A stretch of 64,000 nucleotides of DNA from a virus (Duplodnaviria > Caudoviricetes). This document shows positions 19,201-27,711 of this stretch, one piece after another; position 1 is the first letter of the stretch, and each line of letters starts with the position of its first letter. Below the pieces are notes generated by a model that had not been told where the DNA came from, ran no database searches, and worked only from the letters and a program-made list of their open reading frames with translations. The DNA lies in IMG/VR virus record IMGVR_UViG_3300044614_001923. One strand, given 5' to 3'. The translations under genes were made by a program, and so were the position numbers.

Positions 19201-21619
19201 TGGATTCTTGAATAACATAACCATCAAGTGGTGGTCTTGCTAGTAAGAAACCTCTTGGAATTACATATCTTAAACGATAAATTGAATCAGAGAATGATCT
19301 AGTATCAGGTGTACGAGTAATATAAGTTCTTGCAGTAGCTTTATATGTAAGATCAGATATTGCATCTGTTATTGTATCAGTTGTTTGTGATATTTGAATG
19401 TACCATTGATTATTTGAAGAATCATATTGAATTGGATGTCCAATATCACCAGATTTTTTATCAGATACTCTACTGATTAACTTTAACTCAGATGTTTCGT
19501 TACTGTATATTTGCGTTTCTTGTCCAATAGTTGCTTCATTCAATGATTTAGCAAGTTTTATCTGTGTTGATCCAATTCCAGTTGCAACATCATTTGTAAT
19601 TACATAATACAAATTATTATTTGTCAGACCATCTGGAAGATGTCCAGTATCGGACATTATCCTGACGGTCTCTCCATTTTCAAAATCATGTGGTGCTTTA
19701 AATGTGATAATATTATTTGTTATTGAATTAGATACTCCATTGATTTTTTTAGAAACAATAGAAACTTTCTCTGAAGTATTTTCATTACTTCCGCCACTCA
19801 TTATAACTTTTGAGGAGTATAATTGAGATAAACCAGACTTAGTAATATTAATATTGATTAATTCATTTCTCTTTGCTCCAATTCTATATCCATCAGAAAT
19901 ATAATCTGGGATAATATCTTGGTTTAATTGATTATAAAGATATAATCTACCTGGAGTAGTTGCTGCATTAGTATTTTCTATATCAATTTGATAGAATTCA
20001 ACTGAGGTCTCTCTTTCCTCATTTTCTCTTGGTGGAATTACGTGAGTAATATATCCATAATCATCTCTTCTAAATGCAAGAGGTCTAAATCCTTTGGATA
20101 CAAGAGAAACAGCACCAAAGTTAGAGTTGGAGTTTGTGATTGAAAGATCACCACCAGATTCCGCAACAAAGTGATTTGCATATCCAATTGCAAATACTGA
20201 TACAATTTGGATAAAAGCATTATTTGATGCTTTGATATGGAAATTTTCTGATTCTGGTTTATATCTTGCTCTTGAATTAGAATACAAGTTAGAAACAGAA
20301 GTATTATCTAAATATGATCCTGTTTCATCATCATAAAGAACAAATGCATTATCATCTTTTTGCAGACCAATTCCAGTGAATTGGGCGACTACCATACTTT
20401 TGAATCCACTTGCCTTGCTTCCATCAGCATGTAATCCGCACATGCCAAATACTGAACGGAGTGAAATATTAAAGATGTATGGAGATGCTGAGGTCACAGT
20501 ATCACTAACAAGAACTAGAGATGCATTTGCAGTTGCATCTGCAGTTGGAGCAGCAATAAGTGGAGGATTCTGTACTTGATAACGAATTACCGATGAACTA
20601 ACAACTTCACTTATAACAAATTGTCCATTATAACCACCAGAATCAACATTTTGAATTTGAATAGGCGTATCTACATCTAGACCTGAAAGTGGTTCTTGTA
20701 ATTCTACAGTAATTGTTGTGCTAGAATCAATTGCATTTCCTGCATAAATTGAAGATATTAATGTCTCTTCTCCAGTTGATCCAACAATTCTAAATTCATC
20801 AACTTTAGTTTGAACATCAATACTTGTTGATGGATAATCTGGAAATATATTTCTTCCACTTGACTCGCCATATGCCAAACCAATTTTTTCATAATACATG
20901 TCAAGATCTGTTCTACCAGCATTAAAATTGCTGATAAAGTCATCATTGATTTTGACATTATTAACACCATCAGCGTACTCAAATACGGTTAATTTGTGGT
21001 GAGAAAAATTTGGAACAAATAGATTAGTTGTATAGTCTTTATAAATGTTTCCATTTGGAGCACCATCAAGAATAGTGAATTGCCAAATATAGGAAGAACC
21101 AGTTAATCTAAAAATTGCAGATCTCTCGATTTCATTATTTTGAGGATCTGGAACGTATTTTGGTCTAATTCTAGTTTTTCTGAGGTCTAATCCAACAATA
21201 GATGTTCCTCTTGGAATAATTACTCCACCATGAACACTATTAAACTTGTATAATTGATTATCTTCAGAGTTTAAATTAAAATCAGAAGTTCCACTAAATG
21301 GTGGGAAATTACTTGAGGTATCACTATTTCTAAGTAAGAAATTGTTTGTACCATTAGGTATCCATCCAGGTCTATTATCTACAATGTGATCACCTGGATA
21401 TAGGAGAATTGTTGTCTTACCAAACCTATCATTATCCAGACCTCTTTGATAAGAAAATCTAGCTGCTTCAATTAATGCCCTTTGAATTGTTTTGAAAGGA
21501 CGAGCAAGAGAATTGCCTTGATTTTCTACACTATCTGTAGAATCTAGACTTGATGGGTCAACATATAATATTTCCCCTTTGATGTTCTTGAGAAAATTAT
21601 CTAAGCGGCTTAGACCCAT
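16235..21619 (-). CDS. Large virion structural protein with N-terminal parallel beta-helix-like region
   Basis: MGLSRLDNFLKN...ARPFKTIQRAL motif typical of pectin-lyase-like folds; repeated HGxxxGxxVxI beta domains; C-terminal fibre segment. Confidence 0.7.
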   Translation of the reverse strand: MGLSRLDNFLKNIKGEILYVDPSSLDSTDSVENQGNSLARPFKTIQRALIEAARFSYQRGLDNDRFGKTTILLYPGDHIVDNRPGWIPNGTNNFLLRNSDTSSNFPPFSGTSDFNLNSEDNQLYKFNSVHGGVIIPRGTSIVGLDLRKTRIRPKYVPDPQNNEIERSAIFRLTGSSYIWQFTILDGAPNGNIYKDYTTNLFVPNFSHHKLTVFEYADGVNNVKINDDFISNFNAGRTDLDMYYEKIGLAYGESSGRNIFPDYPSTSIDVQTKVDEFRIVGSTGEETLISSIYAGNAIDSSTTITVELQEPLSGLDVDTPIQIQNVDSGGYNGQFVISEVVSSSVIRYQVQNPPLIAAPTADATANASLVLVSDTVTSASPYIFNISLRSVFGMCGLHADGSKASGFKSMVVAQFTGIGLQKDDNAFVLYDDETGSYLDNTSVSNLYSNSRARYKPESENFHIKASNNAFIQIVSVFAIGYANHFVAESGGDLSITNSNSNFGAVSLVSKGFRPLAFRRDDYGYITHVIPPRENEERETSVEFYQIDIENTNAATTPGRLYLYNQLNQDIIPDYISDGYRIGAKRNELININITKSGLSQLYSSKVIMSGGSNENTSEKVSIVSKKINGVSNSITNNIITFKAPHDFENGETVRIMSDTGHLPDGLTNNNLYYVITNDVATGIGSTQIKLAKSLNEATIGQETQIYSNETSELKLISRVSDKKSGDIGHPIQYDSSNNQWYIQISQTTDTITDAISDLTYKATARTYITRTPDTRSFSDSIYRLRYVIPRGFLLARPPLDGYVIQESSTTTAETDEEILKYLSTDNQELNSTYELRNFRFISNATWNSGVATITTELPHKLTAGNTVRLKNISSIENLSATDDLGFNGEFTVLSVSTRRRFTVALTTNPGIFQNDISTRTTALPYLTRTKYKETYVVYRVQEIQSYIPGERDGVYHLVVTNASNSPNISPFDVYKFGQPIENLYPQINRDNFDSDPLPSRSFASRSTIGQVVLNDPQRSVTKETINKNFIDSKNGIDIQNIASSVGGYNHTITTKHDHGLNAITKVSIANSGLNYGTGIGVSEVFYNARLVGLGTTVVGSDATAIVRIDSVSGGLLDVNIIDGGSAYGVGNTLAVVGIATTTGHTIGIVSVTSIYNNVGDVLSVQGIIPDTLDQYNTVYRITNISIGASTSIDVESAHFVEIANPGTGIGVTATLNAYALLGSPSVGITSIRYNVNTGIATFTSSGSHGFAINNKVKIGGASISSYNDDFIVKKVISKTQFELNVGVQTTTIPTGTIYAYREALTSNAGSVTNKNENISGRMVPYYAGITTTLYGEVTGPDIDNIVIFNAVNLGLKIGDYLAIDDEIVRIRENVTQNEIPVFRGVLGTFKSGHLIGSKVFKINPVPIELRRNSIIRASGHTFEYLGFGPGNYSTSLPDRQDRKLSGPEEIAATSLKMDGGVAVYTAMNGEGSFFIGNKKINSATGQEEVFNAPVPTVTGEDLDIQGINIGFDVLSPLEVTISRSVKVEGGPDGNIISRFDGPVVFSNRLTSTSDKGIEAVSLYLQGNQLTSKKYTVGVSAPSDIGSPGDVVFNSNPQSGGHLGWVYTTDNEWEQFGAIKVGNTFVGIWSGTFTGDGSGLFNVSDVWKRDISGVGLVTTSSVGIGTTVAISGTALYVQGRTLINGITTFANTTESSGISSGSIVIKGGVGIEKSVNIGGDFSVVGVATFSDIYVDRIVGYSTFAEDIRFLKNIDVDGVLTTEHLAVTGIATMQTNLYIRNQSIRNFVNGISIIFGI

Positions 21620-21659
21620 TGTATTAACGCTATATGTTCTGTTATGTTTATTTATTCAC

Positions 21660-21686
21660 AACAAAACCCCCGATTACTCGGAGGTT
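21660..21686 (-). terminator. Intrinsic terminator
   Basis: Minus strand AACCTCCGA-GTAA-TCGGGGGTT-TTGTT: 9-bp stem, GNRA loop, U-rich tail. Confidence 0.8.
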
Positions 21687-21728
21687 CATGAAGTCACACG
21701 GAAGGGTCTGGTTTTTTGTATCGCTACT
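21660..21728 (-). ncRNA. Candidate ~70-nt small RNA
   Basis: ORF-less interval between a perfect sigma70 promoter and a terminator; family not recognised. Confidence 0.5.
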
Positions 21729-21733
21729 TATAT

Positions 21734-21762
21734 ATTATAAGATATTTAATTATTTTTGTCAA
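21734..21762 (-). promoter_or_regulatory. Consensus sigma70 (early) promoter
   Basis: TTGACA (21757-21762), 17-nt spacer, TATAAT (21734-21739). Confidence 0.85.
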
Positions 21763-21925
21763 GTTTACTACTTAGAAGGTATTCGACAGTATTTGCAACG
21801 TCATTCATTGCGAGTCTTAAATCTGGTCTTTGACCAGATTCTTGTTTAACTATGGGTCTTGAGTCCTCAGTTAGAGTCCACCTCCACTGCCCCATGTCTT
21901 TACAATACCACAAATTAATTTTCAT
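21746..21925 (-). CDS. Small hypothetical protein (59 aa)
   Basis: Not in the track; hand translation MKINLWYCKDMGQWRWTLTEDSRPIVKQESGQRPDLRLAMNDVANTVEYLLSSKLDKNN; fills the gap downstream of the tRNAs. Confidence 0.75.
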   Translation of the reverse strand: MKINLWYCKDMGQWRWTLTEDSRPIVKQESGQRPDLRLAMNDVANTVEYLLSSKLDKNN

Positions 21926-21945
21926 TTACTTCTAATGTTAATGTA

Positions 21946-22027
21946 TGTCGATGAAAGGACTTGAACCTTCAAGGATTGCTCCACTGGAACCTAAACCCAG
22001 CGCGTATACCAATTCCGCCACATCGAC
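21946..22027 (-). tRNA. trnL: tRNA-Leu (anticodon TAG), no encoded CCA
   Basis: GTCGATGTGGCGGAATTGGTATACGCGCTGGGTT-TAG-GTTCCAG..long variable arm..GGTTCAAGTCC..CATCGACA; full cloverleaf. Confidence 0.95.
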
Positions 22028-22031
22028 AGAG

Positions 22032-22103
22032 AGCCCCCGACTGGATTTGAACCAGCGACCAACGGTTTACAAAACCGTTGCTCTACCACTGAGCTACAAG
22101 GGC
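22032..22103 (-). tRNA. trnT: tRNA-Thr (anticodon TGT), no encoded CCA
   Basis: GCCCTTGTAGCTCAGTGGTAGAGCAACGGTTT-TGT-AAACCGTTGGTCGCTGGTTCAAATCCAGTCGGGGGCT; full cloverleaf. Confidence 0.95.
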
Positions 22104-22104
22104 A

Positions 22105-22383
22105 CTAATCACAAGGAAGACATTCTGGATTTTCCAGATCCAATTCGAAAAAACATGGATGACATTCTTCCATAATAAGATAACCAGAAGATTTATATAA
22201 CCTTTCAGCATCATAAATTAAATTATGATTCGCCATAGATATGATCTCTGGATCATCTGTTGCAATTTCGGGAAGTTCATCAAAAGTAAAAGGTACTTCA
22301 TTAATAAAGTACATTTTTACAATCATTATGAGGTCTTCATCAAATTTGTACCAACAGTATCTATGAGTTATTTTATGCTTCAT
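22105..22383 (-). CDS. Hypothetical protein
   Basis: 92-aa acidic ORF with SD-like GAAGG upstream; ends 1 nt before tRNA-Thr. Confidence 0.75.
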   Translation of the reverse strand: MKHKITHRYCWYKFDEDLIMIVKMYFINEVPFTFDELPEIATDDPEIISMANHNLIYDAERLYKSSGYLIMEECHPCFFELDLENPECLPCD

Positions 22384-22522
22384 AGTTACAATTCCTTCTA
22401 TTATATGTAGAAGGTTGGGATAGTGAGTTAAAACTCACACTTTAAAAAAGTAATAAGGGCAAAAATTTGAGGAATTTTTTTTCGCCCTAAAATGGAATTA
22501 AAAGTTGATTTTCTCTGAGAAA

Positions 22523-22705
22523 TTAAAAAGGATTTGAATAAACTAGATTATCTTCATGTACCTGATTACGAACAACCTCAAGAACATTCATAAACTGATC
22601 TACAGTTTGGCAGGTCACTTGCTTTTCTGAACCTTCACTGGAGTACAGATACACTGTACGCTTGATAGGGTCTACCACGCAACGTGAGAGGTACTCGTCT
22701 TGCAT
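22523..22705 (-). CDS. Hypothetical protein (60 aa)
   Basis: ORF preceded by a sigma70 promoter, in strand register with its neighbours. Confidence 0.75.
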   Translation of the reverse strand: MQDEYLSRCVVDPIKRTVYLYSSEGSEKQVTCQTVDQFMNVLEVVRNQVHEDNLVYSNPF

Positions 22706-22730
22706 TTGGTCATCCGTTGATTACCTTAGT

Positions 22731-22759
22731 AATATAGCAGGTCCTATGGTCCGTGTCAA
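22731..22759 (-). promoter_or_regulatory. Sigma70 promoter with extended -10
   Basis: TTGACA, 17 nt, (TGc)TATATT. Confidence 0.75.
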
Positions 22760-23688
22760 GCCCCGTATTCCAGAATTAATCTTCCTTCATCATCACTCAT
22801 TTCAGAATTAATAACATGCTCATCTTGTCTCTCTGCTACAACTATCCAAGAAATTAAATCTGTACAATTTTCATCTTCACATTCAATTTCTAAAATAGAT
22901 CCAGTAATTCTTCCTTTTAATCTAGACCAACCTTCAAGATTTTGTAAGAAAATATCTGGGTTTCTATTTAATTTTTCCCAAGTTCCTGGTGTCATTGTTT
23001 GACCACCTGGAGATACACAATCAACGTCTAGATTAACGGTTGCTTTACCAGTTGATAGTCTTACCTTATTTCTGTAAATGTTATCATATCTTGGACCCTC
23101 AATGAATGAGTGTCTTAATCTTTTAGTTTCTTCAAGTGGGTGATTGATGTCAAAAGTACCAGAACCTTTTGTAAGTGTTCCTTCAATACAACAATCTCCA
23201 AGAACAACTAAATTTTGTTCTATTAGAGTATTGCCGTTTACATAAAGTTTAGCATCCCCAGGTACTGGGCATAGTCCTCCAGGATCATCTGAATAAATTC
23301 CTGCAATAGAAACTCTATCGCTAAAGTATGATTTTCCATATACTTGCAAACGGTAATCTGTGAGACCTGGAATTACACTTTCTCCATCTCCTCCTCCACC
23401 AATAATCTCATATTGCAGAACATAAATTTTGTTTGCTACCTCATATCTTTTAACCCAAAGTTTATCTACAACTAACCTTTTAACATCCTTTGGACCTTCA
23501 AGGGTAGTATATCTTCTGATATATTCATACTCATTTTCTGTAGTTCCAATACCAACTGGTTCAGTAGAACCAAGACCTACTGGTTCTGGTTGTAAAATAT
23601 TAAGCGTTAATGGATATGGATCTGGTGGGAGTGGTTGTGGAGGTATTGATACAAATACGGTTCCGACTCCAGCGGGTGCTTCTGCCAT
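22756..23688 (-). CDS. Baseplate/tail-associated protein with FDIxHP..LxHxxxEGP C-terminal domain
   Basis: Last gene of the gp5 run; C-terminal domain paralogous to that of 23694..24491. Confidence 0.6.
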   Translation of the reverse strand: MAEAPAGVGTVFVSIPPQPLPPDPYPLTLNILQPEPVGLGSTEPVGIGTTENEYEYIRRYTTLEGPKDVKRLVVDKLWVKRYEVANKIYVLQYEIIGGGGDGESVIPGLTDYRLQVYGKSYFSDRVSIAGIYSDDPGGLCPVPGDAKLYVNGNTLIEQNLVVLGDCCIEGTLTKGSGTFDINHPLEETKRLRHSFIEGPRYDNIYRNKVRLSTGKATVNLDVDCVSPGGQTMTPGTWEKLNRNPDIFLQNLEGWSRLKGRITGSILEIECEDENCTDLISWIVVAERQDEHVINSEMSDDEGRLILEYGA

Positions 23689-23693
23689 GATAA

Positions 23694-24491
23694 TTATCTC
23701 CTGTCGTAGTGATATCCAGCAATCGATCTTTGAGAATTATCTCCAGGATAATCTTCAATTGTTCCTCGATACTCTGGTATTAATTTTTCAGTGTCTGCTC
23801 TTTCAGCAAAAATATGATAGAAACAATCAATAGGCATTCCACCATTTGATTGTAAAAATACTTTATTCTCCCCTATTCTTTTTATGATCACATTTTGATG
23901 TGACCCTATAGGAGTTAAAGATACTGTGATTGATGTTGGATCTACAAGATTTGTCCAATATTCTGGTAACTCAATTTCATTTTTATTTTTTACTCTTCCG
24001 CGAACATAAACTGCTGCTTCTGGACCTTCTACACAGGTATGAGTAAGTCTCCAACCTTCTTTTGTTGGATGAGGAATATCAAAGTTTTTCTTTTGATGTA
24101 ACTTATGACCTCCACAATGAGACCATACCTGTGCTGCTGATATGATATTGTCTCCTGCTTTTATTTGAGCACCGACTGTAAGTTGGCGGTCAACATCAAC
24201 TGCTCCAAGAAATGCAGATGGTCCCATAACACCTAAAGTATATGGACTGTTGTTTACGGATTCACAAGCTGAAATTGAGCCAGGAATAGATGGGGTTGGG
24301 GACTCTGGATTCGTCAATGGAGCGTGCATTACACACGCTCCAACCTGAGTCCAATAAGTAGCACTTCCAAAAATCATTGGACCCTGAATATAAGCAGATC
24401 CTCTAATTTCTTTAACTCCTATTCCTAGTGGTTTTGGTTTTCCCAAACCAACTTGAAGTCTTTTTCCTACAGATACATTTGGTAATAACAT
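23694..24491 (-). CDS. Baseplate/tail-associated protein
   Basis: KNFDIPHPTKEGWRLTHTCVEGPEAAVYVRGRV domain seen in phage tail proteins; lies in the gp5 run. Confidence 0.6.
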   Translation of the reverse strand: MLLPNVSVGKRLQVGLGKPKPLGIGVKEIRGSAYIQGPMIFGSATYWTQVGACVMHAPLTNPESPTPSIPGSISACESVNNSPYTLGVMGPSAFLGAVDVDRQLTVGAQIKAGDNIISAAQVWSHCGGHKLHQKKNFDIPHPTKEGWRLTHTCVEGPEAAVYVRGRVKNKNEIELPEYWTNLVDPTSITVSLTPIGSHQNVIIKRIGENKVFLQSNGGMPIDCFYHIFAERADTEKLIPEYRGTIEDYPGDNSQRSIAGYHYDRR

Positions 24492-24497
24492 ATTAAT

Positions 24498-25103
24498 TTA
24501 AGCTTGAATAGTTCCAGAATTAAGTTGAGTATTTGTTTGAATATTTGTATCCCAAAGGGAGGGTTTACTGTTTCCTCCACTACAAGCGTTATCAACTGCT
24601 GCAAATAGACCTGCAGAAAAATTCATAGATGATTTTGCTACAAGTTCACATGCACCTGATGAAAAGAATTTTACCACAGAACTGCCATTAAGTTCAACAT
24701 TTTTAGATCTAAGCATAATTTTTTCATTTGCTTCCATGGTAAGAATGCCTTGATCGTTACCACTAGCATTTTCATTTGCAAGAATATCAATATTTCTTGC
24801 TTTCATTTTTATATCACCATTGAGAGCATTTAAAACAATGTCACCATTCAATGCTTCAATTAGGATTGCCGTTTGACCTTTTTTCTGATCATCTCCACAT
24901 TTAATTTGATAAACTTTTGGGCAACGATTTGTTGTTGTTCCAGCTCTTTTTCCTTCAGAATCAAATGTCATGTAGTGGCGATAATCATATCCACTTCTTG
25001 CCATAAAAGAAGATAGAGTTTGGTCATTGTGAACATGTCCAAATTTTATTTCACCATTTCTAGTGCCATACCTTACTGCATCTCTTGATTCTTTTTTTGC
25101 CAT
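24498..25103 (-). CDS. gp5 C-terminal (beta-helix needle)-like protein
   Basis: Repetitive small-residue beta-strand pattern (ALNGDIVLNALNGDIKMKARNI); immediately follows gp5; start trimmed to MAKKESRD. Confidence 0.55.
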   Translation of the reverse strand: MAKKESRDAVRYGTRNGEIKFGHVHNDQTLSSFMARSGYDYRHYMTFDSEGKRAGTTTNRCPKVYQIKCGDDQKKGQTAILIEALNGDIVLNALNGDIKMKARNIDILANENASGNDQGILTMEANEKIMLRSKNVELNGSSVVKFFSSGACELVAKSSMNFSAGLFAAVDNACSGGNSKPSLWDTNIQTNTQLNSGTIQA

Positions 25104-25108
25104 GTTAA

Positions 25109-27484
25109 TTAGTTCTCTGGGATAAGTCTTCCAACACAATCTACGACTTGTATGATTGGAACTCCTGCTGGAACTTCCTTCACTTCGTCTACTCTATTTA
25201 CACAAAAATTTGGGAGGATTTTTGCATTGTAACCAGTGTCACTTTCAACATATATCGTTGGCCAAAAGTCAAATCCATTTCCAGGATTTATGACTCTAAT
25301 CTCCTCTAAGGTTCCATTTGGACCAAACACTGGTTCAAACTCCGCTCCATTACTGTCTGGATATATTTTTATTTTATCTGTTGGTTGATAGTTCCAACCT
25401 TTTCTTACAACTCTCGGATCACATATTGTTAAGAATACGCCATAAGTATCAGCATTTCCTTTAGGTGGAACTTCTTCTGGTTCCACTGGCAAAGGTGCAG
25501 TTATTTCCATAACATCAGTAGTCATATCTTTAGTAATAACAGTAGTAACTCCACCAAATAAAGGAATTGGAAAGTCTATTTTACTATTCTCAGGAAGAGT
25601 TATTTCATCTCCTGGTTTTAAAATAATTTTTTGTCCAGGAGAAAAAGGACGTTCCCAATCTTTATTTTCTCTTTTAACAATGGTTTGATTTGGTTTTGCC
25701 CACTCTCTCCCATCTCCTCCTTTACTTCCATCTGGCTTTGGCAGATATCCATCACCAGGAGTATCAATTAAAACATTAGTTAGAACAAACTGACCAGTAG
25801 GAACGCCTCCTCCAGCAGGAGCGCCACCTCCAGCAGGAGCGCCTCCTCCAGCAGGTGCAAACTCTGCGATTGCTGCTGCTCCAGAACCTTTTCTGCAAGT
25901 ATCTTGAATCATCACTTCAGGCGAATTATTAATTCCAAAGGTACTTCCTGCATTTACAAGATCAACTGCTAATAAATCACCAGCAGCACTGACTACAGCA
26001 TTTGCAGTGGCATTTTTAAGTTGTCCAAAAAAGTCAACTGTAGGTGGTCCGCATTTTTTAGAATCACCACTACATCCCTTAACACCAGAAACTATAGATG
26101 ATATTGCACTTCCAATATTTACCATTGTGGCAAAATTAGCAGATGCACTACTAACTGCACTCTGAACCTGACCAATCAAACCAGAAATTTGACTTGCGAA
26201 TCCAGCAGCGGCACCAAATATTGCAGTGAGATTAAACTGACTTTGCATTCCTGCTATCGTTCCAGGGCCATCCCACAAACTCCAAGTCAATAAACTCTTA
26301 CAATCTTCTTCTTTTTCACATAAGAAGAATCCAACCAGTGCTTGAATAAGACCTAAAATACCACTAATTCCTCCACCAATACCCAGAAGTGCTAAAAGAG
26401 GTTGTAGTAGGTTACTGATCAGAGCAATCAAAGGTCCCAAAATCTGACCAAGAATTGATCCAGCTACATTTTGAGCAATACATGAAGGAACGTTAACTAG
26501 TTTTTTAGATAGTGGACATACAATCCCTTTAACAATTTTTGGTATTGAATCGATAAATTTATTGAAAAGGCAACTTATCAATTCCCAGACTTTATCTTGA
26601 GTTTTCTTTAACTTAGGTCTATCTTCTTCCCAGACTTTACCATATTCCTTTTTAACTTTCTGCTGAATCAGATCTAAAGTATTTTTTCTAATTTCTTCAA
26701 CAGTATTTTTTAATTTACCAGAAATATAATCAGATGCTTTTTGACATAAAGCATCAGCTTGTCCATCAATTCCTCCAGAAATTCCACTAAGTTTTGCTGA
26801 TATAGAATTCAAAGGATCTTGTAGTCTTTCAACATCTTGAATTAAATCACGAAGAAAAATTTGAATACCTTGTGTTTCATCACCTCCACATTTTCTTTTT
26901 GACGGTAAAGTTGTTTCTTTTTTTCCATCATATTCTTGATCATCATCTATCTTAATTTTTTCTACAGTATCACTCCCAGAATTTGATTCTGTTTTTCCTC
27001 CACCACCTTTGATTCCAAATTCGGCAACTCCATCAGATGACCTATATGGATCTTTTCCATATCCAGTTTTATTATCAAATCCCTTATTATCGTTAGCAGA
27101 ACCTAGAGTTTGATTTTGAGAATCGTTTGGTAAAATACCTACAATAAGATATTCTGCACCATCAGCACCATCTTGAGCTTCAAGTTTAACCCAAGTACCT
27201 TCCTTAATATTTGCCGTCTGTGAAGCATTTGCATGTCCACTTCCAGCAGTAACTGGCATTAAGACGCTACATACTGGCAATTTCTCATCAGGTATTTCTT
27301 TTTGGTCATGTACTCCAACGATACGAACTCTATAACGTTGACCAAACCCAGTAATTACTCCAGGTTGTGTCCATTTTTTTCTTTCTTCATTGGTACACCA
27401 AGTTACTTCCTTCCCAATGATGCCTCTAATGACACCGCTGGTCGCAGTTCCTTGTTGTTGAGATGTTTCAACCTGAAAATACAT
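25109..27484 (-). CDS. gp5: Baseplate hub subunit gp5 (OB-fold N-terminus; no lysozyme domain recognised)
   Basis: RYRVRIVGVH..EIPDEKLP..VLMPVTAGSGH..G.WV...DG OB-fold signature; conserved position in the baseplate block. Confidence 0.8.
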   Translation of the reverse strand: MYFQVETSQQQGTATSGVIRGIIGKEVTWCTNEERKKWTQPGVITGFGQRYRVRIVGVHDQKEIPDEKLPVCSVLMPVTAGSGHANASQTANIKEGTWVKLEAQDGADGAEYLIVGILPNDSQNQTLGSANDNKGFDNKTGYGKDPYRSSDGVAEFGIKGGGGKTESNSGSDTVEKIKIDDDQEYDGKKETTLPSKRKCGGDETQGIQIFLRDLIQDVERLQDPLNSISAKLSGISGGIDGQADALCQKASDYISGKLKNTVEEIRKNTLDLIQQKVKKEYGKVWEEDRPKLKKTQDKVWELISCLFNKFIDSIPKIVKGIVCPLSKKLVNVPSCIAQNVAGSILGQILGPLIALISNLLQPLLALLGIGGGISGILGLIQALVGFFLCEKEEDCKSLLTWSLWDGPGTIAGMQSQFNLTAIFGAAAGFASQISGLIGQVQSAVSSASANFATMVNIGSAISSIVSGVKGCSGDSKKCGPPTVDFFGQLKNATANAVVSAAGDLLAVDLVNAGSTFGINNSPEVMIQDTCRKGSGAAAIAEFAPAGGGAPAGGGAPAGGGVPTGQFVLTNVLIDTPGDGYLPKPDGSKGGDGREWAKPNQTIVKRENKDWERPFSPGQKIILKPGDEITLPENSKIDFPIPLFGGVTTVITKDMTTDVMEITAPLPVEPEEVPPKGNADTYGVFLTICDPRVVRKGWNYQPTDKIKIYPDSNGAEFEPVFGPNGTLEEIRVINPGNGFDFWPTIYVESDTGYNAKILPNFCVNRVDEVKEVPAGVPIIQVVDCVGRLIPEN
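25805..25858 (-). repeat. 3 x 18-bp tandem repeat (APAGGG) in gp5
   Basis: gcctcctccagcaggagc / gccacctccagcaggagc / gcctcctccagcaggtgc. Confidence 0.95.
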
Positions 27485-27489
27485 TTAAA

Positions 27490-27711
27490 TCAATCCTCAT
27501 AAATTCTACACTCTAAAGCCTCTGGGTTTGAATCACAATATAATTCTAGAGGGGTTGGGTCATGTTCATCTCCAGGATGATTTTCTTTGTATGATTCTAA
27601 AGAAATCAATTCATCTTCAGTATGTCTACGTGATTGTGGAGATGTCTGTGGATCATCTAATATTTTTTTATCTTGCTCAATATGTTGAGACAGTGTTCTT
27701 TTGTTGTCCAT
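27490..27711 (-). CDS. cp12: CP12 Calvin-cycle inhibitor (phage type)
   Basis: C-terminal LELYCDSNPEALECRIYED is the CP12 Cys-pair motif; no N-terminal Cys pair, as in phage CP12; start set at ATG 27711. Confidence 0.9.
   Translation of the reverse strand: MDNKRTLSQHIEQDKKILDDPQTSPQSRRHTEDELISLESYKENHPGDEHDPTPLELYCDSNPEALECRIYED

Noticed and set aside
21634-21849. 71-aa plus-strand ORF
   Set aside because: Antisense to the promoter, candidate sRNA and 59-aa gene; no supporting signals
21945-22175. 76-aa plus-strand ORF
   Set aside because: Antisense translation of the two tRNA genes
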